From a virus (taxonomy: Duplodnaviria; Caudoviricetes), in IMG/VR virus record IMGVR_UViG_3300035660_000042, positions 1 through 36,970 of that record: DNA of 36,970 bases. One strand, written 5' to 3'. How positions within the stretch are numbered: position 1 is the first letter of the stretch; each line of letters begins with the position of its first letter. A program made the position numbers and the translations under genes. The notes under the pieces were generated by a model. It was not told where the DNA came from. It made no database searches and was given only the letters and a program-made list of their open reading frames with translations. This document shows positions 1-9,325 of this stretch, piece by piece.

Positions 1-127
1 TCCAGTTATGACTAAAATATCATCTTGGCTTGAAAAATTAATTAATTTTTTCGGAGGAGCAATAGGGGATATAGCAAAATGGATATGGAGTATGTTAGTA
101 GTTGGTTGGGGAATTTTAAAAGATGTA
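1..127. repeat. terminal direct repeat, copy 1 (circularisation overlap)
   Basis: Identical to 36844-36970. The 127-nt length matches a common assembler k-mer, and the repeat lies inside the tape measure ORF. Confidence 0.95.
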
Positions 128-682
128 GGTATGTGGATTTGGGAGAACATATTAAGTCCTGCATTTCAATTCTTAGCCCAAGTAGGATTATGGATTTGGG
201 AACAAATAATTAAACCTGCTTTTATGTTTTTAGGACAAGTAGGATTATGGATTTGGAGTCAGATAATTAAGCCAGCATTTAGTTTTTTAATGAAAGTAGG
301 AGAATGGATATGGATACAAATAATCAAGCCTGCTTGGAATTATCTTAAAGATATAGGAAAATGGGTATGGGATATAATTTCTGCCCCTTGGGTATGGCTT
401 GCTAATCAGATTAGAAGTATCTGGGGTTGGTTTAGTGGATTATTTGGAGCAGGAAAAGGAAAGCAATTAGGAGGAGTTATAACAGAAGCAGGTCCTTATA
501 TGTTGCATAGAGGAGAAAGAATTTTAAGTGCTACTGAAAGAAGACCAACAGAAAGAGAAGGGGTAATTAATATTTATATAGATAATCCTCAATTCAGAAA
601 AGAAGATGATATTAAATTATTAGTTAGAGAGTTAGATAATAGATTAAAAACAGAAATGAGAAGGAGAGTTAGTTACATATAA
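1..682 (+). CDS. tape measure protein, 3' part (continues across the circular junction from 36425; about 366 aa in total)
   Basis: In frame with the ATG at 36425 across the junction. Trp-rich 19-aa repeats (VGxWIWxQIIKPAFxFLxx) and a C-terminal GG...GPYMLHRGERIL motif typical of TMP C-termini. Confidence 0.8.
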   Translation, partial: PVMTKISSWLEKLINFFGGAIGDIAKWIWSMLVVGWGILKDVGMWIWENILSPAFQFLAQVGLWIWEQIIKPAFMFLGQVGLWIWSQIIKPAFSFLMKVGEWIWIQIIKPAWNYLKDIGKWVWDIISAPWVWLANQIRSIWGWFSGLFGAGKGKQLGGVITEAGPYMLHRGERILSATERRPTEREGVINIYIDNPQFRKEDDIKLLVRELDNRLKTEMRRRVSYI

Positions 683-683
683 A

Positions 684-812
684 ATGGATGGCGAAATTAC
701 TCAATTGCTAAGATTAAACAACAATTTTTTGTATAAAATACTTGAATGCTTAGAAGAAATTAAAAACAAATTGGAGGTTATAAAAAACAAAATGGAGGTT
801 AAAAAATTATGA
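684..812 (+). CDS. small hypothetical protein (42 aa)
   Basis: TAAAATG coupling upstream and ATGA overlap downstream. Contains a 21-nt tandem repeat (KNKLEVI/KNKMEVK). Confidence 0.5.
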   Translation: MDGEITQLLRLNNNFLYKILECLEEIKNKLEVIKNKMEVKKL

Positions 813-1177
813 CTTATACGCTTACAGGAATGTCAAGTTTAGGCACCGTAACTTCAGAAGACAGCACTAAAGATGCGCAATTATTTCAAATGCCTATACC
901 GAGAAGTGATAGTAATGCGGCTATAATGTTAGATTTATTTGGAGTGAATAGAACAATCAGCATAAGAGGAGTTTTTACAGGAACAACAGGCGAGATAGCT
1001 ACTTTTATTGGGCAATTGGATGCTTTAGCTAATGGAGTTCAAACTAACAAAACTTATCATTCTGATAAATCTAATGTGAGTTATACTGTTTTAGTTCAAA
1101 CAGTAAGATGGAATGCAGAAGAAGGAGCAGTTACAAAAGTAAATTATGAAATTAATCTTATAGAAGGAACAGGCTAA
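809..1177 (+). CDS. putative distal tail (Dit-like) protein
   Basis: Beta-rich 122-aa protein following the TMP, with a GGAGGT RBS; call rests on synteny. Confidence 0.55.
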   Translation: MTYTLTGMSSLGTVTSEDSTKDAQLFQMPIPRSDSNAAIMLDLFGVNRTISIRGVFTGTTGEIATFIGQLDALANGVQTNKTYHSDKSNVSYTVLVQTVRWNAEEGAVTKVNYEINLIEGTG

Positions 1178-2754
1178 TGATGCAAACACAAGTTTTAATA
1201 AATAATGTAAATGTAACAAGCAAATTAATAAACTACGAATATGAACGAACTTGGGGAGATGTAATTAGTCAAGCAGATTTAGAAGTAGTAAAAACTATTT
1301 CTACTTTACTTAATCTTGAAACAGGACAAACAGTAAAAATATATAGGGGATGGACAACTCCTACTGATGAGAAGATATTTGAAGGTTATATAGAAAATTA
1401 TGCACCAGAAGGAGGAATTATAAAAATAACAGCCAAAGATAAGATGTGGGATTTAATAAGAAAAGAAGTAACTCACGTCTATGATAAAAATATAGATGCA
1501 AGTGCAGGAAAAATAAGCGAAATATTTAAAGATTTAGTAGAAACATACGGATTATTAAATTGCGATGTTCAAGATAGTGGAACAACTATTTTATTAGATA
1601 AGTTTGTATGTAATCATACTGACATATTTGAAAGATGCAAAGCATTAAATAAAGTTTTAGATTGGCAGTTTTATTATAGAGCAGATACGAATAAAGTTTA
1701 TTTTGAACCAAAAGGATTTATAGCAAATTCTACAATTCTTACAATAGGAAATAATGTCTATCAAGTTCCTAAATGGACTTATGATAATACAGAAATGGCT
1801 AATGATATAACAATCGTAGGAGCATATCAAGAAATAGAAACAACAGAAAGCGGACAGATAGGAGTAACAAGTGGATATACAACAACGGCAATAAATTTAA
1901 ATTTTGAAGCAATTAGTGTTAAAGTTTATATGGATGCAGGAACTCCGCCTACTACTTTAAAAGTAGGAGGATTGCCAGATAGCACAGCAACTTATTTTTA
2001 TTATGTTGATAAACCAAACAAAAAGATACTGCCAGCAACAGGAACTACATTTACAAATAATCATTATGCAGAAATAAGATACTCTCACGCTGTTCCTATT
2101 CCTATACATCTTTATAATCAAGCAAGTATAGATACTTATGGACAATTTAAAAAAACTATAACTTACAAAGATTTAAGAGGAATAAGCGATGCAGAGGCAA
2201 GAGGTAATAATTATTTAACAGTTTATTCAGAGCCATTTATTTATTCTACTTTAAAAGTAAAAAATGATAGCACTTATAATCTAAAAATAGGAAACAAAAT
2301 AAGAGTTATAGATAATGTTTCTACACCAACTGTTGATGATTGGTTTATTTTGTCAAGATTAAGAATAAGATATCCAAGTGATTATGATGAGGTTGTAGTA
2401 GGGGATAAACCTTGGCGACTTGCTACTTGGCAAGGAAGTGTGGAAGAAAGATTAAAAAGATTAGCAGAAGACGAATATGCTTCGCCAGAAATAGTAAATG
2501 AATTACTTACTTTTGACAATACAATAAACTATCCTATTGAAATAATTCCAAGATATAGAAAATTATTAACTCAAAGCACAATAGCAGGAGAGATGATATG
2601 GAATTTGGGAACTTGGGGAACAGACAAATGGAGTGCAAATGCTTTTAATGCAGAAGCAAATTATTTTATACAACAATACAATAATATATATACAGAAACT
2701 TTTATAGATACTGACTTTAAAGATACAGTTAATACAACTGTGGGGTGGTGGTAA
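1177..2754 (+). CDS. baseplate hub / tail tip protein
   Basis: Hub-like motifs (IFEGYIE, ITAKD, WQFYYRAD...VYFEPKG, ASIDTYG) and position after the Dit-like gene. Confidence 0.7.
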   Translation: MMQTQVLINNVNVTSKLINYEYERTWGDVISQADLEVVKTISTLLNLETGQTVKIYRGWTTPTDEKIFEGYIENYAPEGGIIKITAKDKMWDLIRKEVTHVYDKNIDASAGKISEIFKDLVETYGLLNCDVQDSGTTILLDKFVCNHTDIFERCKALNKVLDWQFYYRADTNKVYFEPKGFIANSTILTIGNNVYQVPKWTYDNTEMANDITIVGAYQEIETTESGQIGVTSGYTTTAINLNFEAISVKVYMDAGTPPTTLKVGGLPDSTATYFYYVDKPNKKILPATGTTFTNNHYAEIRYSHAVPIPIHLYNQASIDTYGQFKKTITYKDLRGISDAEARGNNYLTVYSEPFIYSTLKVKNDSTYNLKIGNKIRVIDNVSTPTVDDWFILSRLRIRYPSDYDEVVVGDKPWRLATWQGSVEERLKRLAEDEYASPEIVNELLTFDNTINYPIEIIPRYRKLLTQSTIAGEMIWNLGTWGTDKWSANAFNAEANYFIQQYNNIYTETFIDTDFKDTVNTTVGWW

Positions 2755-3644
2755 TGTCATTAACAGCCAATCTTATTGGATACTGGAAATTAAATGAAAG
2801 TAGCGGTGATGCTACTGATAGTTCTGGAGAAGGACATACTTTAACAAATAATGGAACAGTAACTTATTCGGCAGGAAAATTGAATAACTGTGCAAATATT
2901 TCAACTGATAAATACTTTTCTAATGCATCATATACGGATTTTGATTTAGGAACCGATATTTTTACAGTTGCATTTTGGGAAAAAAGAAATGGAAACCCAG
3001 CAAGCACAGAATTGATGATAACGACATCATCAGATTGGTTAACAGATGGAAGATATGGAATTGCTACCAGAAGTTCAGGAAGAATAGGTTGGTCAGGCTA
3101 TGGATATACTTGGCAGACAACTTCTACATCATTAAGTGATAATGCTTGGCATAGAATAGTTTTTGTAAGAGAAGGAACTGGAACAAATCAATTTAAAATA
3201 TATGTTGATGGAAGTTTAGACATAACAGATACAAATTCTGATAATTATAATGCTGGAGATTGTTTTATTATAGGACACGTAGGAGATATGTGGTTTAATG
3301 GTTTTATTGATGATGTAAGAATTTATAAAGGAAATGCTTGGACATCGGGTGATGTAACAACTGATTGGAATAGCGGAGCAGGGCAAGAACTTGTTGAAGA
3401 GAAAGTGGCTCAAAGTTTAAGCATAGATTATAATAATGGAACAATCACACAAGCCAAATTAACATCTATAGTAAGTTCTGGAAGTTTTAATTATTATTTA
3501 ACTGCTAATGGAGGAACAAATTGGGAAGCAGTTAGTTCAGGAATATTGCATACTTTTACATATACAGGAACAGATTTAAGATGGAAAGCAATAACTTCAG
3601 ATGATGGAGTTTTAACTCAAATTAAAGTAGAAGATTATCATTAA
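2754..3644 (+). CDS. LamG/ConA-like jelly-roll tail protein with a C-terminal beta domain
   Basis: GYWKLNESSG...DSSG, WHRIVFVR, IYVDG and FNGFIDDVRIY are LamG_3-type motifs. Likely start is the ATG at 2754 (TAATG overlap). Confidence 0.8.
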   Translation: MSLTANLIGYWKLNESSGDATDSSGEGHTLTNNGTVTYSAGKLNNCANISTDKYFSNASYTDFDLGTDIFTVAFWEKRNGNPASTELMITTSSDWLTDGRYGIATRSSGRIGWSGYGYTWQTTSTSLSDNAWHRIVFVREGTGTNQFKIYVDGSLDITDTNSDNYNAGDCFIIGHVGDMWFNGFIDDVRIYKGNAWTSGDVTTDWNSGAGQELVEEKVAQSLSIDYNNGTITQAKLTSIVSSGSFNYYLTANGGTNWEAVSSGILHTFTYTGTDLRWKAITSDDGVLTQIKVEDYH

Positions 3645-3651
3645 CTAAAAA

Positions 3652-3659
3652 TTTAAATA
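3652..3659 (+). promoter_or_regulatory. archaeal-type TATA box
   Basis: TTTAAATA with an A-rich upstream (BRE-like) segment, 29 nt before the ATG at 3681. Confidence 0.65.
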
Positions 3660-3744
3660 TCAACAAAAATATATAATACTATGAGAAATAGAAAAAAAGG
3701 AACTGGTTGGGGCAAGAATAATTATCTTGCTCAAGGAGACTAAA

Positions 3745-4143
3745 ATTACAACTGGACAAATTTTAACAAATTTGGGAAAGAAGATAGCTTTAAACAGAAC
3801 TTTCAAAGCAATACCAGATTATTTACAACCAAGTTTATTTGCTGTTGGGACATCATCAACAACTCCCGCAATCACAGATACAGCATTAGGAACTATTGTA
3901 GCAATTAATGGAGGAAACTATAAAGCATTTGTGAGTGGCTATCCAATCTTAGACGAAACTAATTTACAAAGCACAATTAGATGTTTATTATTAACAATAG
4001 AAGCAAACGGAAATAGTTTAACAGAATTTGGATTATTTAATAACGATGGAACAAAGAAATTATTTTCAAGAAGCGTTCATACTGCTTTAACAAAGACAAG
4101 TTCAGTGCAAGTTATATATATAGAAAAAGATAAAATAAGTTAA
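3745..4143 (+). CDS. tail collar/fibre-attachment-like protein, probable ATT start
   Basis: Collar-like motifs AVGTSSTTP..TDTAL and EANGNSLTEFGLF. AGGAG RBS at 3734-3738 precedes the ATT at 3745. Confidence 0.65.
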   Translation: MTTGQILTNLGKKIALNRTFKAIPDYLQPSLFAVGTSSTTPAITDTALGTIVAINGGNYKAFVSGYPILDETNLQSTIRCLLLTIEANGNSLTEFGLFNNDGTKKLFSRSVHTALTKTSSVQVIYIEKDKIS

Positions 4144-4145
4144 AA

Positions 4146-5099
4146 ATGACAATAGAAAATGGATATACTGCAGATGCCAATGAAGTAAGAGGAAGTTTTA
4201 AATCTCTAAAAGAAATGGAGATTTTAAATGATTATAAAGATGTAGCAAACTCTTATGGTATTCATATTCCTATTATTGTAAATACTATTTATTTTAAAGG
4301 TATAACTTGGGCGCAAACATCTACAGGAATGACTACAAGAAACTATGAATATTATAAAGGTAATAATGATGTTTATGTTTTAAAAAGTTATGATATACCT
4401 TTAGTTAGCACAAATTCAAAAGTAACTGTAATACCACAATACTATGTTTTTGGATTATATGATGAGTGTGATGATAGTTCAGTAGATGGAACTAAATGGA
4501 TTAAAATTAGTGGAGCTTCAACTGCTACTGAAGATACAGTAAACTTAACAATTCCTAATAATCATTCATACAGAACAGCTGATTTATCTTCATATAAATT
4601 AATACATCTTATAGCAGAGCTTTATGGTAATGAGGCAGATTCAAAAGTAGAATTTTATGATGGAACAAATGTTGTAAATCTTCATACAGTTCATACTATA
4701 GGAGAAGCTATATCTGTTTCAATAAGATTAGATTGGGCGAATAAAAAAGCTTATGTAACTAAAACTTTGAATAGGGGAACAATAAATAAACCAACAACAT
4801 TTAGTATTATTAGTTTATCAACATTATCAACAAATTTATATTTAAAATTTACAAATGGTGTTGGTGCTGGAGGCGGTAATTATCTTTATATATATGGATT
4901 AAGAGTAGGGCAAGCATCTCCTTCTACAACTGTTACAACAAGTTATAGTAGAAATGGAACTGATTTTACTACTTTTACACAAGATTTTGGGATGAGTGTA
5001 AGTTCAGGAACAACAATTACTGTTAAAGCAACAGGAACTGTTGCAAGTAATGAAGTTTTGATTTTTCTTGGTTGGATTATAAATGAAGAAATAGGATAA
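4146..5099 (+). CDS. putative tail fibre / receptor-binding protein
   Basis: N-terminal MTIENGYTADANEV resembles a fibre start; Ser/Thr-rich beta protein at the end of the tail module. Confidence 0.55.
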   Translation: MTIENGYTADANEVRGSFKSLKEMEILNDYKDVANSYGIHIPIIVNTIYFKGITWAQTSTGMTTRNYEYYKGNNDVYVLKSYDIPLVSTNSKVTVIPQYYVFGLYDECDDSSVDGTKWIKISGASTATEDTVNLTIPNNHSYRTADLSSYKLIHLIAELYGNEADSKVEFYDGTNVVNLHTVHTIGEAISVSIRLDWANKKAYVTKTLNRGTINKPTTFSIISLSTLSTNLYLKFTNGVGAGGGNYLYIYGLRVGQASPSTTVTTSYSRNGTDFTTFTQDFGMSVSSGTTITVKATGTVASNEVLIFLGWIINEEIG

Positions 5100-5100
5100 A

Positions 5101-5613
5101 ATGTTAAAAATACAAAATTGGTTGTTAAAAATTTTAGGTTGTAAGTGTGAAGAGAAAAATATAGAAATAAATAGTTTAAAATATCAAATAGAAGAATTAA
5201 AAAAACAGACGAATTTAACTGAACCAAGCAAATTAGGAACAATAAGTTTGAATAATATGTATGTTTTATTAACACAACATACTACAAATATTTTTTTAAG
5301 TGACGAATTTTATAATCTAACTTCAAAAGAAGAAGCAGAAAAGTTTAGTAAAGAGACGAAAGTGCAGTATGATACTTGGGTAGCAGATAATCACGATTGT
5401 GATAACTTTAGTTTTGCTTTGATGGGTTATTGGAGTAGAGGATTATATAGTTTTGCTTTTGGAATTGGTTGGAGTAAAACTCACGCATTTAATATTATGA
5501 TTGATAATAACAAACAAATCTGGATAGTAGAACCGCAAACTAATCAATATTTCAAGATAGAAGATGTTATAAATAATAAATTATACTATCCTTTAAGATT
5601 GATTTTAATATAA
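5101..5613 (+). CDS. papain/transglutaminase-like Cys protease (MOA agglutinin C-terminal-like); candidate lysin
   Basis: DCDNF (Cys), HAFN (His) and VEPQ motifs; N-terminal coiled coil; directly upstream of membrane-protein genes. Confidence 0.7.
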   Translation: MLKIQNWLLKILGCKCEEKNIEINSLKYQIEELKKQTNLTEPSKLGTISLNNMYVLLTQHTTNIFLSDEFYNLTSKEEAEKFSKETKVQYDTWVADNHDCDNFSFALMGYWSRGLYSFAFGIGWSKTHAFNIMIDNNKQIWIVEPQTNQYFKIEDVINNKLYYPLRLILI

Positions 5614-5614
5614 A

Positions 5615-5803
5615 ATGCCAATTACAAACTTAGATTTAGACAATAAGATTAACAATTTGCATAATGAATTTGTGCAACTTGTTGAAATTTTAAATCATAG
5701 AGTTACAAAGTTAGAAGAACACGTATGGTGGCTAAAATGGATATTAGGATATGTAGCTATAATTATGACAGGTATGTTTATAAAAGTTTTAGTAGGAGGT
5801 TAA
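5615..5803 (+). CDS. coiled-coil protein with C-terminal TM helix (lysis-associated)
   Basis: HRVTKLEEH coiled coil followed by a hydrophobic C-terminus. Confidence 0.55.
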   Translation: MPITNLDLDNKINNLHNEFVQLVEILNHRVTKLEEHVWWLKWILGYVAIIMTGMFIKVLVGG

Positions 5804-5804
5804 A

Positions 5805-5975
5805 ATGGATAAGTCAATTTGGAAATCAAAAACACTTTGGGGCTTTGGATTGACAGGACTAATAGCTGTTGCACAAATTTTAGGAGTTACATATAGCGAT
5901 ACATTAGTAATGCAGATAGTTCAAATATTGACAGCAGTATTTGGCGTTTATGGACTTAGAAGCTCTATAAAATAG
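5805..5975 (+). CDS. holin-like protein with 2 TM segments (56 aa)
   Basis: GGAGGT RBS. MDKSIWKSKTLW...GVYGLRSSIK with two hydrophobic segments; the KxxxxSKTxW start resembles small holins. Confidence 0.65.
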   Translation: MDKSIWKSKTLWGFGLTGLIAVAQILGVTYSDTLVMQIVQILTAVFGVYGLRSSIK

Positions 5976-6052
5976 AGATATAGATAATATATATCTGCAA
6001 ATAAATAAGTTTAAATAGTCATAAATATAAATGTGTATAGGAGGTAAAAAAA

Positions 6053-6583
6053 ATGGCAAACGAAGGATTGATTTGGACTATTTTAGTTCTTTCAGCAATA
6101 GGTATCTTAATGAATGGATATGCACTTTTGACAGTCCCAGTTAACATAGATACAAGCAAATTAGCAAGTGATGTAGCAAAACAAATCGTAGTTCCCGCAG
6201 TTCCATCTGCACCTACGCAAGACATAAGTTCTTTAGAGAAAGGAATAACAGACATCAAGACGCAACTTAACGAAGATGACGATTGGAAAGCATTGGCTAT
6301 TGATTTAGCTACAAGCGAATGGAACAGAAGCAAATACAAAGATATATATAACTTCATAGATGACGAATACGGAAACATAGTAGACAGAGAAGACATAAGT
6401 AGCGTTACAATAACAGATACAGAAGTAAACGATTTAGATACCGAAGATAAGGATGCAACAGTTATTCAAGAAATAAAAGTCAAATATGAAGATAATGAAG
6501 GAGATAACAAGAAAGTATATCTTATAGTAACAACAGAAATTTTAGATAACGAAGTAGATAGTCAAGATATAGAAGTAGCTTAA
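6053..6583 (+). CDS. acidic membrane-anchored/secreted protein in its own transcription unit
   Basis: N-terminal hydrophobic helix. TATA at 6010, GGAGGT RBS and a T-tract downstream. Confidence 0.7.
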   Translation: MANEGLIWTILVLSAIGILMNGYALLTVPVNIDTSKLASDVAKQIVVPAVPSAPTQDISSLEKGITDIKTQLNEDDDWKALAIDLATSEWNRSKYKDIYNFIDDEYGNIVDREDISSVTITDTEVNDLDTEDKDATVIQEIKVKYEDNEGDNKKVYLIVTTEILDNEVDSQDIEVA

Positions 6584-6585
6584 AT

Positions 6586-6610
6586 CTTTTTTATTTTTTT
6601 TATTTTTTTT
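6586..6610 (+). terminator. oligo-T terminator (archaeal type)
   Basis: Three consecutive T runs immediately after the stop at 6583. Confidence 0.7.
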
Positions 6611-6666
6611 GTTATAGAAAGATTTATATAGTTATTATATATCTCATATTCATAAAATATATCAAA

Positions 6667-6825
6667 ATGGAAGACGAAATAGTAAATGGGTTAGTAAGTA
6701 AATTAACAGAATTAAAGATTATAGAAATATTAAGAAGACCTATCAAGAAAATAGGAACATCTGCTCATATATTTATACCTAAAAAACTCATAGGCAAGAA
6801 TGCAATAATTATTATAACTGAATAA
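6667..6825 (+). CDS. DUF2080/AbrB-like small DNA-binding protein (52 aa)
   Basis: RPIKKIGTSAHIFIPKKLIGKNAIIII motif; TATA box TTTATATA at 6623. Confidence 0.75.
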   Translation: MEDEIVNGLVSKLTELKIIEILRRPIKKIGTSAHIFIPKKLIGKNAIIIITE

Positions 6826-7317
6826 ATCATTATCACCTCTTTTTCCCTAGAAGAGGCTTAAGTAAAAACTTTTTTACGAAGGCCTCTTCAAAGGTTTAGA
6901 CACCTTTATTTCCTATGCAAATATTTATTTATTTTCAGGAATAGATATTAAATTTTTCCAGTAACTAACTAACTACTGATATCTTACAGCTCTATGACTA
7001 AAGGTTTATGGTAAGATATGAGTAGTTCAAAATTTTTTACTTAATTAGAGTATTCACAAATAATTAAGTAAAGAATAATAAACTACTTATCAATCCCATA
7101 TAGTGCTTAGAAGGATTGCTATTGCTTAGCTTTCTCGTTAGATACTCGCATCGCTTTATGATATTGATATTGCCATACCCTTGATAAGTCTTTGCCAGTG
7201 TCTTAAACTTATTTCCTAAGAAGTAAGTTATACTAACCCTCGCTATGCACGAAAAGATTAGATGTTGTCTTATAAGACTACCATTAAAGCAACCCTGCGT
7301 TCTGTCTCCTTTATGCA

Positions 7318-7560
7318 TCATTTTGCTTGCACCTTCTCCTCTTGGTCTTTCAGTGCCTCAGCACAGTCCACATCTAATAAGATGCGTAGTATGAATTGAT
7401 TTAATCTTTTTTCAAAGTCTTTTTCTAAATGGTAATGTTTTCCAATATTTGCCGAAACAAATATTAAATCTTTAAACCATTTTTCATTTCCATATTCTAT
7501 TAAGCAGTCATCTATGACTTCTCTTATTCTTCTTTTAATTTCCTTTATTTCTATACTCAT
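7318..7560 (-). CDS. hypothetical protein
   Basis: ATGA overlap with the upstream minus-strand gene; the + strand is T-rich here, consistent with minus-strand coding. Confidence 0.6.
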   Translation of the reverse strand: MSIEIKEIKRRIREVIDDCLIEYGNEKWFKDLIFVSANIGKHYHLEKDFEKRLNQFILRILLDVDCAEALKDQEEKVQAK

Positions 7561-7862
7561 TTTATATCTTTGAAGAATTTATCTATGTCTATTTCTTTGT
7601 CTGTTCTTTCTTTGAATTTTGATTGATTGTAATAAATACTATCTTCAGAAATATCTATTAAGTTTCTGCTTTCTAAGATATTTAAATACTTTTTAGCTTG
7701 GTTTTCTGATACTTTGAAGTTATCACATATTTTAAATATCAGCTTCTTTTTATCTGCGACTAAAGGATTTTTAATATCTTTAAGCTGTGTTTGATAGAAA
7801 CTATCAATTATAATGTTTAAATGTGCTTCTTCTAAAGCTATAAGATTAGTTTTCTTTTCCAT
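7557..7862 (-). CDS. winged-helix DNA-binding protein (candidate regulator)
   Basis: ICDNFKVSENQAKKYLNILESRNLIDI fits a wHTH pattern; transcribed divergently from the early operon. Confidence 0.6.
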   Translation of the reverse strand: MEKKTNLIALEEAHLNIIIDSFYQTQLKDIKNPLVADKKKLIFKICDNFKVSENQAKKYLNILESRNLIDISEDSIYYNQSKFKERTDKEIDIDKFFKDIK

Positions 7863-8064
7863 TTTCTCTTTTTATTCTGTAAAAATTCGTCCTTTATAAA
7901 GATTATTATAATTGAATATATATTTTATGCTTATTTTTAACTATAAAGTAATTATATATCTTTAATATATATAACTGAATATAATAAACTATATATACTA
8001 CTAAATATTACTGTTAATATAATTAAATTTAGTAAGTAAACACGAAACTTACAAGGAGAAAAAA
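7863..8064. promoter_or_regulatory. very AT-rich divergent promoter region
   Basis: Several TATA-like boxes between divergent genes; AGGAG RBS before 8065. Confidence 0.55.
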
Positions 8065-8277
8065 ATGAAACAAAAGAAAGTAGTAATGAAAAGCGATTTT
8101 AAGGATGCTTCTGACTGGACATTACGAAAAGGAACAGTGCTTTTTGTCTTAAAAGCTTTAAAACATCCTGTAACTAAACAAGAAGTTCTTGCAGTAGCTG
8201 TAGATAATGGAACAGATAACTTGGATTTAATGCCTAAAACAGTAGCTCCAGCAAACTTAGTAAGGGAGGAAAACTAA
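8065..8277 (+). CDS. hypothetical protein
   Basis: RBS present; first gene of the early operon. Confidence 0.65.
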   Translation: MKQKKVVMKSDFKDASDWTLRKGTVLFVLKALKHPVTKQEVLAVAVDNGTDNLDLMPKTVAPANLVREEN

Positions 8278-8278
8278 A

Positions 8279-8401
8279 ATGGCACAAGCAATAGAAATTA
8301 AATGTAAAGATTGCGGGGAAGTAATACCCAGTTGTCAAGAATATTGTAGAGAATGCGAAGAGAAAAGAAAGTCAATAAAAGCATTAATGGAAACAAACTA
8401 A
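8279..8401 (+). CDS. small zinc-finger protein (40 aa)
   Basis: CKDCG...CREC; TAAAATG coupling. Confidence 0.6.
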   Translation: MAQAIEIKCKDCGEVIPSCQEYCRECEEKRKSIKALMETN

Positions 8402-8512
8402 AATGGAAGAAACAATACTAAACTTAGATAATTTTGATTTATTACAAGAAAATAGTTTAGAAGAAGTAAGAACCATCATAATTTTAAAAGATAAATTAGT
8501 CAGGAGGAAAAA

Positions 8513-9325
8513 ATGATAGAAAAATTTGAAAATTTAGGCGAACTTAGTAACATAGGCTTAACTTTAAACATAGCACAAGAAAGAGAAGTATGGACAAAAA
8601 GTCTTGCAGGCGAAACAACAAAAACAGAAGTATATAAGGGAATTTGGAACTTAAATCAAAACCATTTATCTTGCATAGGCACAAGCAAATACAAATTAAT
8701 ACAACACAACGAAGCAATAAAAAGCGTAATAGAAGTTTTGAATAACTTAAATCTAACAGGAACAGGGATATTAAGAGATTTTGGCGATAAAATAGTTTTA
8801 GAATTTTTATTTAAAGACAAAACAATAGAAGACGGAGAAGAAGGCATACATCTTGGATTTAGAATAATTAACTCTTATGATATGAGTTATAGTCTATTCG
8901 GAGAATTATTTGCTTATAGAGTAGCTTGTAGTAATGGAATGGTTTTAGGCAAAGCTATTAAGGATGTAGGATTTAGAAGACTGCATTATGGCGAAGTAGA
9001 TGTCAAGAAAATAATGCGAGAGTTCTTAGTTCAAGCAATAAATAGCGAAGATAAGTTAAAAATGTTAGTCAGTAAAGCTATGAAAGATACATACGAATGG
9101 CAATTAGCAGAAGAAATATTAACAAAATTAATATACATCAAGAAATACAGAGAAAAAATTATAGAATTACTACAAAACAAAGCAAACTTAACAAGATGGG
9201 ATGTTTATAATGCAATAACACAAACAGCAACACACGGCGAAGAATTGACAGAAGTAGCAAAGGAGTTCTTACAAAGACAAGCGCAAAAATTACTATTAAA
9301 CGAACCAATAGCAGTAAGGAAATGA
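8513..9325 (+). CDS. DUF932-family protein
   Basis: YKLIQHNEA, IINSYD, RVACSNGMV and TRWDVYNAIT motifs. Confidence 0.8.
   Translation: MIEKFENLGELSNIGLTLNIAQEREVWTKSLAGETTKTEVYKGIWNLNQNHLSCIGTSKYKLIQHNEAIKSVIEVLNNLNLTGTGILRDFGDKIVLEFLFKDKTIEDGEEGIHLGFRIINSYDMSYSLFGELFAYRVACSNGMVLGKAIKDVGFRRLHYGEVDVKKIMREFLVQAINSEDKLKMLVSKAMKDTYEWQLAEEILTKLIYIKKYREKIIELLQNKANLTRWDVYNAITQTATHGEELTEVAKEFLQRQAQKLLLNEPIAVRK

Noticed and set aside
120-400. CRISPR-like periodic repeats
   Set aside because: They are 57-nt degenerate coding repeats of the tape measure protein with no unique spacers.
7064-7321. 85-aa minus-strand ORF
   Set aside because: Atypical composition and it overlaps several inverted repeats, so it is treated as probably non-coding, though the ATGA overlap with 7318 means it is not excluded.
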